A stretch of 64,000 bases of DNA from a virus. Lineage: Duplodnaviria > Caudoviricetes. The notes beneath the pieces were generated by a model. That model searched no databases. It was given only the letters and a program-made list of their open reading frames with translations, and had not been told where the DNA came from. Location: positions 8,326-72,325 of the IMG/VR virus record IMGVR_UViG_3300048796_000029; one strand, 5' to 3'. Within the stretch, counting starts at the first letter, position 1, and each line of letters begins with the position of its first letter. This document shows, in pieces, positions 36,402 to 45,577 of the stretch. The position numbers were made by a program, and so were the translations under genes.

Positions 36402-36690
36402 ATGATTGGAAGATACTTGGCGAGGTAGTTGACAAAAGACGCTACTACCTCGTCGAGTGCAAGTGTGGCTACACAGACAGACGCCGACAGGATCATGCGG
36501 ACTCAGGCAGATAGGCAAAGGAGGCACATGCGGATCGTAGGCATACTCAAAGTCGCCCGCTGGCGCGGGTTTTAGCATGGATGGAGTAGTCAAGATCACT
36601 GCCCGCTGGCGCGGGTGGTAACAAGTTTCGTCAAACACGACGATGAGATGAAACGAACAAACAAGGGACGACGCATAGTAAGCCTACGAC

Positions 36691-36729
36691 AAAAGCCCCA
36701 CACCAAGTCATCGGTGTGGGGCCATTTTT
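36691..36729. terminator. Bidirectional terminator between convergent arms
   Basis: AAAA-GCCCCACACC...GGTGTGGGGC-CATTTTT at the strand switch. Confidence 0.7.
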
Positions 36730-36757
36730 GCGTTTGTCAAGTTTTGTAGCAGAAAAA

Positions 36758-36997
36758 CTAGCGCATCCTCATCGCTTCACCAGTCTCTATCAGCAAATCA
36801 TGGAGGGACACGAACTCGTGGTCGTCACTGAACTGGCTCTTTCTGTGACCTTCCCATCGCTCGGCGCGTCCGCAGAAACGGACATACTCCCCTTCTCGTT
36901 CGAGATGGAAGCAAGGCGGGCCGCCGTTCATGACAACTTGTTGCCAGTCCATGTGGACAGCGGCGGTGAGCAACTCAGCGGGTACTATTCGGGGCAT
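36758..36997 (-). CDS. Hypothetical protein
   Basis: 79-aa ORF, co-directional with the minus-strand arm. Confidence 0.5.
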   Translation of the reverse strand: MPRIVPAELLTAAVHMDWQQVVMNGGPPCFHLEREGEYVRFCGRAERWEGHRKSQFSDDHEFVSLHDLLIETGEAMRMR

Positions 36998-37356
36998 GAC
37001 TTGAAGCTCCAGTCCCGGCTCTTCTTGGTCGTGATGATGAGTGACCAGCAGACGCCGTACGGGGTGATGACGTTGTGGGTGTCGGTAGCCCTACGTCTCA
37101 TGATCGTCCCGGCAAAGCGGCGATTCCATTGTCCCTCGAACCATTCGAGGTAGCCATTCCACAACAGGATCGTAACAAAGCTACACGGGTGATCGTGGCA
37201 CTGCGGAGCCTCGTTGGGCGCGTACAGGCGATGCAGGTAGATGTTGAAACGCTTACCGCGCCAGATGGCGTACCGGGTGAACTCTTCCCCGATGTCCTTC
37301 CAGCCGATCTCTTTGTGCTTCAGCCTGCGCCGCAGGAAGTCAGCTATTAGTGGCAT
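36985..37356 (-). CDS. Cupin-like protein
   Basis: NIYLH...CHDHPCSF..IL..GYLE...THNV; start at MPLIADF. Confidence 0.6.
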   Translation of the reverse strand: MPLIADFLRRRLKHKEIGWKDIGEEFTRYAIWRGKRFNIYLHRLYAPNEAPQCHDHPCSFVTILLWNGYLEWFEGQWNRRFAGTIMRRRATDTHNVITPYGVCWSLIITTKKSRDWSFKSCPE

Positions 37357-37615
37357 GTTTGTATTCGTCCTTTCCGTAGACGTGCCACAGGTCGTAGTCC
37401 ACAACCCGGATGGCCTTTGCTTCGAGAACCTCACACGGAACCATCCATGCTTCAGGAGAGAATTTACAGATGGCCTCGGCCCGCTCCTAGGAGTAGCGCC
37501 CGGCCTTCTCAAGGAAGGCCGAGTAGCCCTTTTCATCGGCGGCCCAGAACAGCATAACCCCTCGGGGCCACAGCGCCTCGTGCGCCTTGGTGATGATGTA
37601 GTATTCTTTTCTCAT
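37340..37615 (-). pseudogene. Small gene interrupted by one in-frame TAG
   Basis: MRKEYYII..KGYSAFLEKAGRYS-TAG(37489-37487)-ERAEAICKFSPEAWMVPCEVLE.. continues in the same frame; ATGA coupling upstream. Confidence 0.5.
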
Positions 37616-37809
37616 CCTGCACCCTGTAGCTTCTCTATGGCCATCGTTGGGGCATCGGGCAACAATTCAATAGCCTCATCAATCGCTGTTCGCAGTATTC
37701 CTACCGTTTCCTCCGCTTTGCACAGAGGGCAGTAATTGAAGAATCCGTCATGGGTGCGGAGCACAACGGCCCCAACGTGAGCTTCGCAAACGTAGATACA
37801 TGCGCTCAT
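37612..37809 (-). CDS. Small zinc-finger-like hypothetical protein
   Basis: C-x3-CEAH...YCPLC. Confidence 0.45.
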   Translation of the reverse strand: MSACIYVCEAHVGAVVLRTHDGFFNYCPLCKAEETVGILRTAIDEAIELLPDAPTMAIEKLQGAG

Positions 37810-37968
37810 AGCTTCACCTGTGCCTTGATGAGCAACTCGACCTGATTCAGTGCGCTTGAAATGTGCTCAAAATCAAGCGCGTTAGTGGTGTCCTTGCCGT
37901 AGCGAACCACAGTGTAAAGGTGGTCGTGAATGCTGTTGAGAGCGTCGATAGCCGTGATGGGTTTCAGT

Positions 37969-38292
37969 TCAGTTTGCGGCATATTCTTCTTTCATGGTAT
38001 GGGCGTGATGCCCTGTCCCTTCAAGTGGATTTGGTAAAGCTCCGGTGATCTGCTGTGCCCTCACTTTTGACTTGAGTCCGTTCAACTTCTTGTCGAGTAT
38101 CTCGATCAGCGTCTCGATCTGGTTGGCGAACTCGCGCAAGGCGATTGCCTCTGGATCGTGCCCGGCGTTGAACTCAGACTGAGCGTTGGTGCGGGCCTGC
38201 TTCACGATGTCCTTGACGACTTCGATCTGCCCGGCGATCATGCCGCGCTCTCCTGCGCGTTCGAGGTCTTGAACTGTGAATTGCTTTTCCAT
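37969..38292 (-). CDS. Hypothetical protein
   Basis: 107 aa, TAATG coupling. Confidence 0.5.
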   Translation of the reverse strand: MEKQFTVQDLERAGERGMIAGQIEVVKDIVKQARTNAQSEFNAGHDPEAIALREFANQIETLIEILDKKLNGLKSKVRAQQITGALPNPLEGTGHHAHTMKEEYAAN

Positions 38293-39131
38293 TACCGTAA
38301 GTCCTCCAACCGACTGACTTGGAATCCAGCGGCGTGAGCATGACCACCTCCTCCGAACTTTGCAGCTACCTTGGATACATCCAATCCATTCTCCGAGGAG
38401 CGCAGACTGAACTTATAGTAGTCACCGTCGAAGTAGTACGTCGCCGCGAAGGGGGCATCTTTTGCCATCTCGTGACCGGCATCGCTTGAATACTGGTACG
38501 GCAGGTTGGCCATAGGGACGCACAAACCGTCGATGAACCCTTTGTACTTGATTTGAGCTAGAAGCTCTTTCAAGTCCTTCGCCTGCTTGCGGCCTATGGC
38601 GAGACCCTCGTTCACGAGAACAGACCAGTTGTCGTAACCGTCACACTGCTTGCGCAGTTGGTTCCATGTCTCGAACGAGTAGTCGTGAGAGAAGATGGCG
38701 TCACATACTGGTCGAGTTTCTGTGTATTGGAACTTCCACAGGTCTCTATCCTCAACGAACAGGATGAGTTGCGGTATTTCCTCTCCGTCATGAAACCACT
38801 TCCATGCTAGATGAGCGCCCGATCTGCTCATGTTGAACAGACCTGTGACGGAACCATTCTCGAACAGGGGGGAAAGTTCTTCCTTGGCGGTCACATGGTG
38901 GTCGATGACAAACACCGACTTGGCGACCTTGATGATAGCCTCCATCACCGGGCGCTTGTAACTGAAGTCGAGGAAGTACACGTCCCTATCCTCAAACTTC
39001 TCGGTGGGAATAACCGTACCGTGTACTCCGGGGACGAACTCCCAGTCTGGGTGCTTGAGCCAGCAGGCCCATGCAGCAGTGAAGCCGTCCATGCAGGGGT
39101 AGTGAAACACAACTAAAGGAACTTTGCTCAT
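38292..39131 (-). CDS. DHH/DHHA1 phosphoesterase
   Basis: CMDGFTAAW, FLDFS, IDHH, EDRDLWKF, SLRS, GGGGHAHAAGF. Confidence 0.85.
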   Translation of the reverse strand: MSKVPLVVFHYPCMDGFTAAWACWLKHPDWEFVPGVHGTVIPTEKFEDRDVYFLDFSYKRPVMEAIIKVAKSVFVIDHHVTAKEELSPLFENGSVTGLFNMSRSGAHLAWKWFHDGEEIPQLILFVEDRDLWKFQYTETRPVCDAIFSHDYSFETWNQLRKQCDGYDNWSVLVNEGLAIGRKQAKDLKELLAQIKYKGFIDGLCVPMANLPYQYSSDAGHEMAKDAPFAATYYFDGDYYKFSLRSSENGLDVSKVAAKFGGGGHAHAAGFQVSRLEDLR

Positions 39132-39970
39132 CTATTATCTCCTGATCCAGCGATCTTGTTGCGCTTTTGCCTGCTTGCTAACTTTTCCAAGTTTAGCACA
39201 GGGACGGTTGAGAAGTCAATGTCCAGTTCTCGGCACAGTTGACTAAGGTACCACAGTGAGTCACCGACCTCATGGGCAATGGCTTCTCGCGCTGCCGCTG
39301 GGAACTCACCCCCGTTGTCTCTGTATACCTTTTTTATTTTGTTGAGTAATTCCCCAATTTCTCCAGATGCGCCCAAGGCACAGTATATAACACCCATGAA
39401 CTCCCCCTTGCCGGGGTACTTGGCGGTCATAGACGCTTTGTTCTGGTACTCACTAAAGTTTATGCGCTTAGGCATGGAACGTCTATTATTGGATTGCTGT
39501 TTTGCGGTAGCCCACTTCACGTTACCCGGCTCATAATTACCGTTTACATCTTCTCGATCAAGGGAGAAATCAGGACCGGGCCTTTCTCCCACATCAGAGA
39601 GAAAGTCCCAAAAGCTATCCTGCCAACGCTGGCACACAGTGATTCCCCTCCCTCCATATAGAAAGAAACCGGAGTCGGAACGGTTGGTGCAGCGATAGAT
39701 CATTGCCTTCCAGCATCCGTAAGCTGGGTTTTTACTCTGCCCGTTCTTAGGGGCGTGGTTGGTTCTGTCCCCACAATGAACGGACTTCTTGATGTTAGTA
39801 CCAGACCTGACAAACCCTTTACCACACGTACAAGTGCAATTCCAGAATGTCGCTTTCTTGGTGATCCTGTTCAATCCCTCAACCTTCACACTGCCGAACC
39901 TCTGACCTGATAGGTCTTGGAACTTAGGACTGCGTGTGTTTTGATCTCTAAAATATACTCCCTTACTCAT
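39128..39970 (-). CDS. HNH endonuclease fused in frame to a MazG-like nucleotide pyrophosphohydrolase
   Basis: N-terminus DLSGQRFG..CTCG..RGITVC..SLDREDVNGNYEPGNVKWAT; C-terminus GEIGELLNKIKK..RD..EVGDSLWYLSQL..NLEKL. Confidence 0.8.
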   Translation of the reverse strand: MSKGVYFRDQNTRSPKFQDLSGQRFGSVKVEGLNRITKKATFWNCTCTCGKGFVRSGTNIKKSVHCGDRTNHAPKNGQSKNPAYGCWKAMIYRCTNRSDSGFFLYGGRGITVCQRWQDSFWDFLSDVGERPGPDFSLDREDVNGNYEPGNVKWATAKQQSNNRRSMPKRINFSEYQNKASMTAKYPGKGEFMGVIYCALGASGEIGELLNKIKKVYRDNGGEFPAAAREAIAHEVGDSLWYLSQLCRELDIDFSTVPVLNLEKLASRQKRNKIAGSGDNR

Positions 39971-39978
39971 GGTTCTCC

Positions 39979-40188
39979 TTAGTATCCTGCGTCGTCGAGG
40001 TAATCGGCCAAGTCCCGCACCGCTTCACTCAGACAGTAACCCGTGCCAGAGAACTCAAGAACCTGAGCGTCGGTGTGGGATACAGTTGTGGAGGCTACGA
40101 ACTCGCCGTCGCGCTCCGTGATCTCGATAGGGGCTACGGTTGCCCTAGTGGATACGCCACTCATTGTTGTACCGTGTAGAGCGACCAC
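39979..40188 (-). CDS. Hypothetical protein
   Basis: 69-aa ORF. Confidence 0.45.
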   Translation of the reverse strand: MVALHGTTMSGVSTRATVAPIEITERDGEFVASTTVSHTDAQVLEFSGTGYCLSEAVRDLADYLDDAGY

Positions 40189-40643
40189 ACCCTGCTCATA
40201 TCGCCTGCGGCAAATGCCGCTCTGTCTGTGCCTCCGGGTGATGCTGGAATGTTTCCCAACTGGAAGTGCGGGTAGTCTTTGATGCTATGCCAGTCCCCAC
40301 CCCAGACCAAACCCTCAGCCTTCATGAACTGCACCATCTGCTGAAACTCATGATCTGAGGGATTCCAGTCAAGCGCACCGGAGTCACCCGCGGTGAAGGG
40401 ATAGCAGTCAACTGCCATGCCGAAGTTGTGCCACGAGTAGCCACCGGGTGCGTCCGTTACCTTTGGCCCCGGTGCGGTGCGCCCTTTAGCATAGTCGGCA
40501 TCAGAGTCTTGGTAGCTGCGCACACATTGCGCCACCCTAAAGCCGTTGCCGATTGCGGAAAGCATCTTGTCATGCGCGGTCTTTACCTTCAGCGCCAGCG
40601 CAGGTATGCCAGCAGCCAATCTTTGTTCACTTAGTGGTTCCAT
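40161..40643 (-). CDS. Endolysin, M15 family L-Ala-D-Glu peptidase-like
   Basis: RS..D.D.DYAKGRT.PG..VT.A..G.SWHNFGMAVD...WGGDW...DYPHFQ. Confidence 0.85.
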   Translation of the reverse strand: MEPLSEQRLAAGIPALALKVKTAHDKMLSAIGNGFRVAQCVRSYQDSDADYAKGRTAPGPKVTDAPGGYSWHNFGMAVDCYPFTAGDSGALDWNPSDHEFQQMVQFMKAEGLVWGGDWHSIKDYPHFQLGNIPASPGGTDRAAFAAGDMSRVWSLYTVQQ

Positions 40644-40797
40644 TGATTCTCCTTACTATGTGGTCGCAAAAATGCGATCCACTGAGCCGGGCACCAAGGG
40701 CGAACGTCTCAGATGTGATTGCAGGCTTGGACTTCGGCTTCGCTTGCTGCCCCCAAACAGGGAAGGCAAGCAGGAATAAAAAGATTATTTTTTGCAT
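40627..40797 (-). CDS. Small protein with signal-peptide-like N-terminus
   Basis: MQKIIFLFLLAFPVWGQ...; GGAGG upstream. Confidence 0.4.
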   Translation of the reverse strand: MQKIIFLFLLAFPVWGQQAKPKSKPAITSETFALGARLSGSHFCDHIVRRINGTTK

Positions 40798-41087
40798 GTC
40801 AGAAATTTTCCTCCTATATGTAAAGTCTCGCCACCAGATACCAAACTGGAGGCTTTATTTGTCGCTTGCTCTTTAGTCTCGTAGTTTCCGTAAAGAGCAC
40901 CGTTTCCGCCCCACACCTCCCACGTACCATCGCGTTCAAGTTGAACTCCTGCGACCGTCATGCCGGTGCTATTGCAAACAAGATGATCTTGTTCGTCATA
41001 CAACGGGTCTGGAACTCGCTTCCAATGCGTTGGGCCTGCCGCGCATCCAACTATGGCAAGCAGGAATAGTGCTAGGATTGGCTTCAT
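40785..41087 (-). CDS. Putative lipoprotein
   Basis: MKPILALFLLAIVG-C lipobox-like signal. Confidence 0.55.
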   Translation of the reverse strand: MKPILALFLLAIVGCAAGPTHWKRVPDPLYDEQDHLVCNSTGMTVAGVQLERDGTWEVWGGNGALYGNYETKEQATNKASSLVSGGETLHIGGKFLTCKK

Positions 41088-41144
41088 TTTGTCTCCTTTG
41101 CTTCCGTATACTTCAGCTATGGCGAGGAGCACAGCGGCCTCCAG

Positions 41145-41432
41145 CTATGCTTCAGCCTTCGGAGCGGAACGGAATGGGATGATCCCTTCCTTGTTGAGCT
41201 TGCGTGTTACCTTGCAAGACTTGCGGCACTGAGTGCAACGCCAGTGTCCCAGTGATGCCTTCCGATCCTCGAACTTCACGCCACGGTCGATGACACAGGC
41301 GTCTTTCTTTGCCAGTTCGCCGCAGCACTCAGACGTGTAAAGGAACGCCGGGGCGCGTTCGTCGCGCACCACAACAGGGGCAGATTTACTTTTGCCCTTG
41401 CCCTGCTTCTTGCCTTGGTACTTGCTTGCCAT
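41145..41432 (-). CDS. Zinc-finger hypothetical protein
   Basis: SECCG...WRCTQCRKSC. Confidence 0.55.
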   Translation of the reverse strand: MASKYQGKKQGKGKSKSAPVVVRDERAPAFLYTSECCGELAKKDACVIDRGVKFEDRKASLGHWRCTQCRKSCKVTRKLNKEGIIPFRSAPKAEA

Positions 41433-41440
41433 GATTCTCC

Positions 41441-42406
41441 TTAGAACATCCTGTCGATGATTTCAACCAGATAGGCGGTGTTCACCTTCTCCGGGTCTTT
41501 CTCCTTCAGCCGCTCGATGAGTTGGACGAAATACGCTGTGTCCACACCAGTCAACTGATCCTGCAACACCCTGATGTCAGTCAGGTCAAGCTCACTGACT
41601 TGCATCGACATCTTGAGAACCTGCCCAGCATTGATGCGCCAGCCGCGAGAGATGAACTTGCGCAGGCGCACCAGCGAACAGATGGGGTACTTACTGCCGA
41701 CGTACCGAAGCTCCTTGGACAGGATGCTCTCCAGCGCAGCCGGGCGGAGCACAAGCTGGCCGTCCCAGTTCTGGTAGTACGACGTACAGTGTACGAAGTC
41801 GTAGTTCTCGTGAATCTCGTCCGGCGATCCGAAGAACCGGAGCACGATCTGAATCTTGTCACTCAGCGTGATGGCGTTGCCACTGAGGAACACCGGACGG
41901 AACTTGCCCTCTCCCTCTACACGCTTCGCCTCGATGCTTGCGTCCTCGTGTACATCCTCAATCTCTTCCGGGTTGTCCATGACGCGGGACACGTAGGCCG
42001 ATCCTTGTTCGTCAGGGAATGCCTCGAAGTATTTGTACTCTCCTGCGGAGTTCTTGCCTTCATCCCCGGCGATGCCTGCGGACTTAGCCACGATTGCAAC
42101 GCGGTCGTTGCCGCGCCAGTCTGGTTCGGTTGAGACGTAAAGCTCTAAGTCCGTCTTGTTGGTCTGCTTCTCCTTGAACTTGGCGACGTAGTATTCCGCC
42201 ACAGCCAGCGCCGTCTCCCGGTTACGCAGGTAGATGTCGAAGTCGTTGACATCCTCACCTAGCAGCATCGACACGATGCAACCGCCAGTCACGATCACGT
42301 TGTTCTTGAGGAGGGCTTTGACCTTCTCGTCTTCGACCGATTCGATCCACGCGTTCAGCTTCTTCGTGATGATGGCCTTGATGGTCTTCGCTTTGTATCC
42401 GGGCAT
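41441..42406 (-). CDS. Putative nucleotidyltransferase (Pol beta superfamily head)
   Basis: TGGCIVSMLL..VNDFDIYL (GG..DxD) and YDFVHC. Confidence 0.6.
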   Translation of the reverse strand: MPGYKAKTIKAIITKKLNAWIESVEDEKVKALLKNNVIVTGGCIVSMLLGEDVNDFDIYLRNRETALAVAEYYVAKFKEKQTNKTDLELYVSTEPDWRGNDRVAIVAKSAGIAGDEGKNSAGEYKYFEAFPDEQGSAYVSRVMDNPEEIEDVHEDASIEAKRVEGEGKFRPVFLSGNAITLSDKIQIVLRFFGSPDEIHENYDFVHCTSYYQNWDGQLVLRPAALESILSKELRYVGSKYPICSLVRLRKFISRGWRINAGQVLKMSMQVSELDLTDIRVLQDQLTGVDTAYFVQLIERLKEKDPEKVNTAYLVEIIDRMF

Positions 42407-42435
42407 TCGATTCTCCGATCTCTTTCAGTCTACCA

Positions 42436-42717
42436 CTACGCTATGTTCTTGTCAAGTTCCTCGATCACGCGTTTAGCTTTGAGCGAGGTCGAGTTGCCCA
42501 GCACGAGCTTCAAGAGGTCGAAGACGTGCCGGGCCTTACGAGGAAAGTTCTTCACTACAGCGGCGCGGAACGGGCGGTTGCGCCTGTCCGTCAGGATGGC
42601 TTTGTAGTTACCGCGAGTGGGTGTGCCAGAGGCATCGTTTGCGATGAACGCTTGCCCTAGTAGTCGGGCCTTGGTTTTGTCGCCTCTCGGCCATATCTCC
42701 ACTCGCACGTAAACCAT
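42436..42717 (-). CDS. Hypothetical protein
   Basis: 93 aa; I.NDASGT..RGNY. Confidence 0.55.
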   Translation of the reverse strand: MVYVRVEIWPRGDKTKARLLGQAFIANDASGTPTRGNYKAILTDRRNRPFRAAVVKNFPRKARHVFDLLKLVLGNSTSLKAKRVIEELDKNIA

Positions 42718-43940
42718 TACTCAGCAGCCTCCGCCATCTTCGCCTTCTGGTCTTCAAGCTCGGCATCACGGATGGCCTTGAGAGCCTTCTTCACGCCTGC
42801 CTTGACCTTGGCGAACTTCTCTGGATCGTCTCGCAGCAGCGCGACCGTGTTGGCAACGCCCTGCGCAAGTCTCTCACCATCGAAGTATATCCAACCTCCG
42901 CCCTGTTTGTCAAGTACACCGATCTTCACGGCGTAGTCAACCATGTCGGCGAAGCGATCCACGCCGACTCCGTAGATGAGGTCAACGATGGTAGAGCGGA
43001 ATGGGGCCGCGCCCTTGTTCTTGATGGCCTTGATCTTCATCTTGTGGCCGACCAGAACTTCTCCGCTCATGATCTCGCCGCCGTCCGTCTTCGACACGCG
43101 CCGGATGTCCAGCCGTACCGATGCGTAGAATTTCAGCGCCTTACCGCCGCTCGTGACTTCCGGGTTGCCGAAGCTCACACCGACCTTCTCCCTGATTTGG
43201 TTGATGAAGACCAGCTTCACGCCGTTGATGGCCGCGATGCCACGCAGCTTACGCATGGCCTGCGACATGAGACGGGCCTGAAGACCCATGTGGGCATCTC
43301 CCATCTCACCGTCAAGCTCCGCCTGCGGCACCAGCGCCGCCACAGAGTCGATGACCACGATGGAGACCGCCCGGCTACGCACCAGCGCCTCGACCGTTTC
43401 GAGCGCCTGCTCTCCCGAGTCTGGTTGTGCGATCTGAAGCATCTTCACATCGACGCCCAGCTTCGCCGCATAGTTCGGATCAAGCGCGTGTTCTGCGTCC
43501 ACGAACGCCGCGAGGTTGCCAGCCTTCTGCTCTTCGGCAATGAACTCAAGCGCGATGGTCGTCTTGCCTGAAGACTCAGGGCCAAAGATTTCGATGATAC
43601 GTCCATCCGGCACACCGCCGATGCCCAACACGTCTTCGTCTAGCGACACGATGTTGGTTGGTGTGTGTGGAATGTCTTGGCCGATACGACTGCCCAGAGT
43701 CATGATGGAGTTGGTGATGATGGTCGTGTTCGTGCTGAACTGCTTGTTGAGCTTCGCGCGAACGTCGTCGAGCGCCTTCAATTTCTGCGCTAAAGACAGT
43801 GGGGCAGAAGTGACCGTCAGTGCTGCCTTGGCATCCTTCTGCTCCGCTTTGTGCTCTTTCTTCTGCGCCGCTATCTCGAACGGCTTGGGCTTCGCGGCAG
43901 AGTTAGTGACTGCCGCGAGAGCCGCGAGGGGGTTAGACAT
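42717..43940 (-). CDS. recA: RecA recombinase
   Basis: GRIIEIFGPESSGKTT, DAEHALDP, QPDSGEQALE, DSVAALVP, QARLMSQAMRKL, INQIREKVGV, GGKALKFYASVR. Confidence 0.95.
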   Translation of the reverse strand: MSNPLAALAAVTNSAAKPKPFEIAAQKKEHKAEQKDAKAALTVTSAPLSLAQKLKALDDVRAKLNKQFSTNTTIITNSIMTLGSRIGQDIPHTPTNIVSLDEDVLGIGGVPDGRIIEIFGPESSGKTTIALEFIAEEQKAGNLAAFVDAEHALDPNYAAKLGVDVKMLQIAQPDSGEQALETVEALVRSRAVSIVVIDSVAALVPQAELDGEMGDAHMGLQARLMSQAMRKLRGIAAINGVKLVFINQIREKVGVSFGNPEVTSGGKALKFYASVRLDIRRVSKTDGGEIMSGEVLVGHKMKIKAIKNKGAAPFRSTIVDLIYGVGVDRFADMVDYAVKIGVLDKQGGGWIYFDGERLAQGVANTVALLRDDPEKFAKVKAGVKKALKAIRDAELEDQKAKMAEAAE

Positions 43941-44547
43941 TCTCAAGACTCTCCTTGTACAAGGCAACAGTGCTCATGAAGCGCAAAAAATGCTTCAAGA
44001 ACTTAGCTCCACGAAGCTGCTTGATTAGTTCTGCCCCAACTTCTGTACCCTTACTCTGGTAGGCTTCTTCCACTGCCTTAGTAACTTCACCGAAGACTTG
44101 GAAATAAGATAACCAGCACTGGTCACAATTAGTATGACGCGGGCCGTTGTGGTCTGCGACCAGCTTGTGCCCACAGGGAAGTGGGTGGTGCTTGACGGTG
44201 AACTCCTTCAACATGCCGCGCTTGTACTCGGCCTTGGTGATGGGGATGATCGTGCCGTCCGTGGTCTTGCGGTAGTAGTCCGGCAGCTTGCCGTCCTTCA
44301 GCGGTGCGTTGGTCTTCTCGTAGACGAGTTCAGGATCAGCACCGGATGCGGCGTAAGCCTGCTCTTCCGCTACGGCGATGAGGTCGGCGGCCTGCGCCTG
44401 AACCTCTGGTGAGGGGAACAACTCCTGTTGCTCGGTCGGCGGATAGACCACGAGGTCGGACTCGGGCCAGTTCTTCGGATCGTACGCTTCGTTAGTCTCT
44501 GGCTGCACGGCGTCTCCTTTTCGCTTCGAGCTTCTTGCGGTTTTCAA
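43933..44547 (-). CDS. Hypothetical protein
   Basis: CGHK..P.H.NCDQCW metal-binding motif. Confidence 0.55.
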   Translation of the reverse strand: MKTARSSKRKGDAVQPETNEAYDPKNWPESDLVVYPPTEQQELFPSPEVQAQAADLIAVAEEQAYAASGADPELVYEKTNAPLKDGKLPDYYRKTTDGTIIPITKAEYKRGMLKEFTVKHHPLPCGHKLVADHNGPRHTNCDQCWLSYFQVFGEVTKAVEEAYQSKGTEVGAELIKQLRGAKFLKHFLRFMSTVALYKESLENV

Positions 44548-44737
44548 TCACGGCCAGTTCAGAGGTCGTGAAGACGGGCGGGATGAGACCGTACTTCTGT
44601 AACAGCATCCCACGCTGGACGGGTGTGTTGTCCTCGTCAAGCTCTGCGTTCATCTGCCTGCGAACATCTGCTAGGATGTCCGGTGCTACTACCAGTGCGT
44701 CTATTGGCGTCACTGGGACGGTGTCTACTTCTGCCAT
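44492..44737 (-). CDS. Hypothetical protein
   Basis: 81-aa ORF with RBS. Confidence 0.45.
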   Translation of the reverse strand: MAEVDTVPVTPIDALVVAPDILADVRRQMNAELDEDNTPVQRGMLLQKYGLIPPVFTTSELAVIENRKKLEAKRRRRAARD

Positions 44738-44809
44738 TTATTTCCTCGTCATCATTCCGGGTTATGAAGCTCTGTGGTTTGTTTGGGGACTTATATACAT
44801 GACTCCCTT

Positions 44810-45043
44810 TCAGTCCCATGTCGATGCAACTGCATCAGGTTTACCGGGGTCAGTGCCCCAATCTGGATTCCAGTTGGCACGGATGCTCTCGGCGATAGTC
44901 GAATTTCCTCCTTGCTCCACAAACCGAGCTAACATCTCGCGCATTGCCTGTAATCCGTCGCGGAAAGCATCGTCCATACGGGCTTCGGTGAACCCTCGAC
45001 CCTCGTCAATATCGCCGTCATTGCCCCATGCTCCTAAGCTCAT
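44810..45043 (-). CDS. Hypothetical protein
   Basis: 77-aa ORF. Confidence 0.45.
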   Translation of the reverse strand: MSLGAWGNDGDIDEGRGFTEARMDDAFRDGLQAMREMLARFVEQGGNSTIAESIRANWNPDWGTDPGKPDAVASTWD

Positions 45044-45136
45044 TGTCTCACGTCGCTTTCTCTCCCAAGGGAGTCACGTATGTAATTCCCTTTGTTTGAT
45101 GCTCGGTATTCTGGAGTGTTATACATTCCATGATTT

Positions 45137-45577
45137 TCACGAGGCATTTTCTCCAGCCTTTCTGCGCTCTACTCGGAAATAATTGAGCACCGGGCTGATT
45201 TTCTTAGCCAACAGAGCGGCACCAACCTCTTGCTCGATCTGTTGACGCGTCTTTGCTGAGAAGATCGTGTCATCTTCGTCGTAGATGTACGTCTTCATGA
45301 ACCGCTCGTAGCTCGTCTGCGACTGCATCACGTCGAGAACAATCTTCTCTACGTCACAGAAGAAGTCAGAGATGCTAGGAGAGCACGGGTTCTTTGTTGC
45401 ATGGGTGTCGTCGGAATACTCCAGCGCTCCCACAGGACTGCGAGTTTTGAATCGCAGGTAGTGACCTTGCAGCGGCTCGGGCTTGATGAACGGGTTGCCG
45501 AACACTTCCTCGAATGCCACTTTGTTGCGTTGGAACCGGGCCTTACCTTCCGCCCGACTCGTATTGCTATCTGCCAT
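45137..45577 (-). CDS. Hypothetical protein
   Basis: 146-aa ORF. Confidence 0.55.
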   Translation of the reverse strand: MADSNTSRAEGKARFQRNKVAFEEVFGNPFIKPEPLQGHYLRFKTRSPVGALEYSDDTHATKNPCSPSISDFFCDVEKIVLDVMQSQTSYERFMKTYIYDEDDTIFSAKTRQQIEQEVGAALLAKKISPVLNYFRVERRKAGENAS

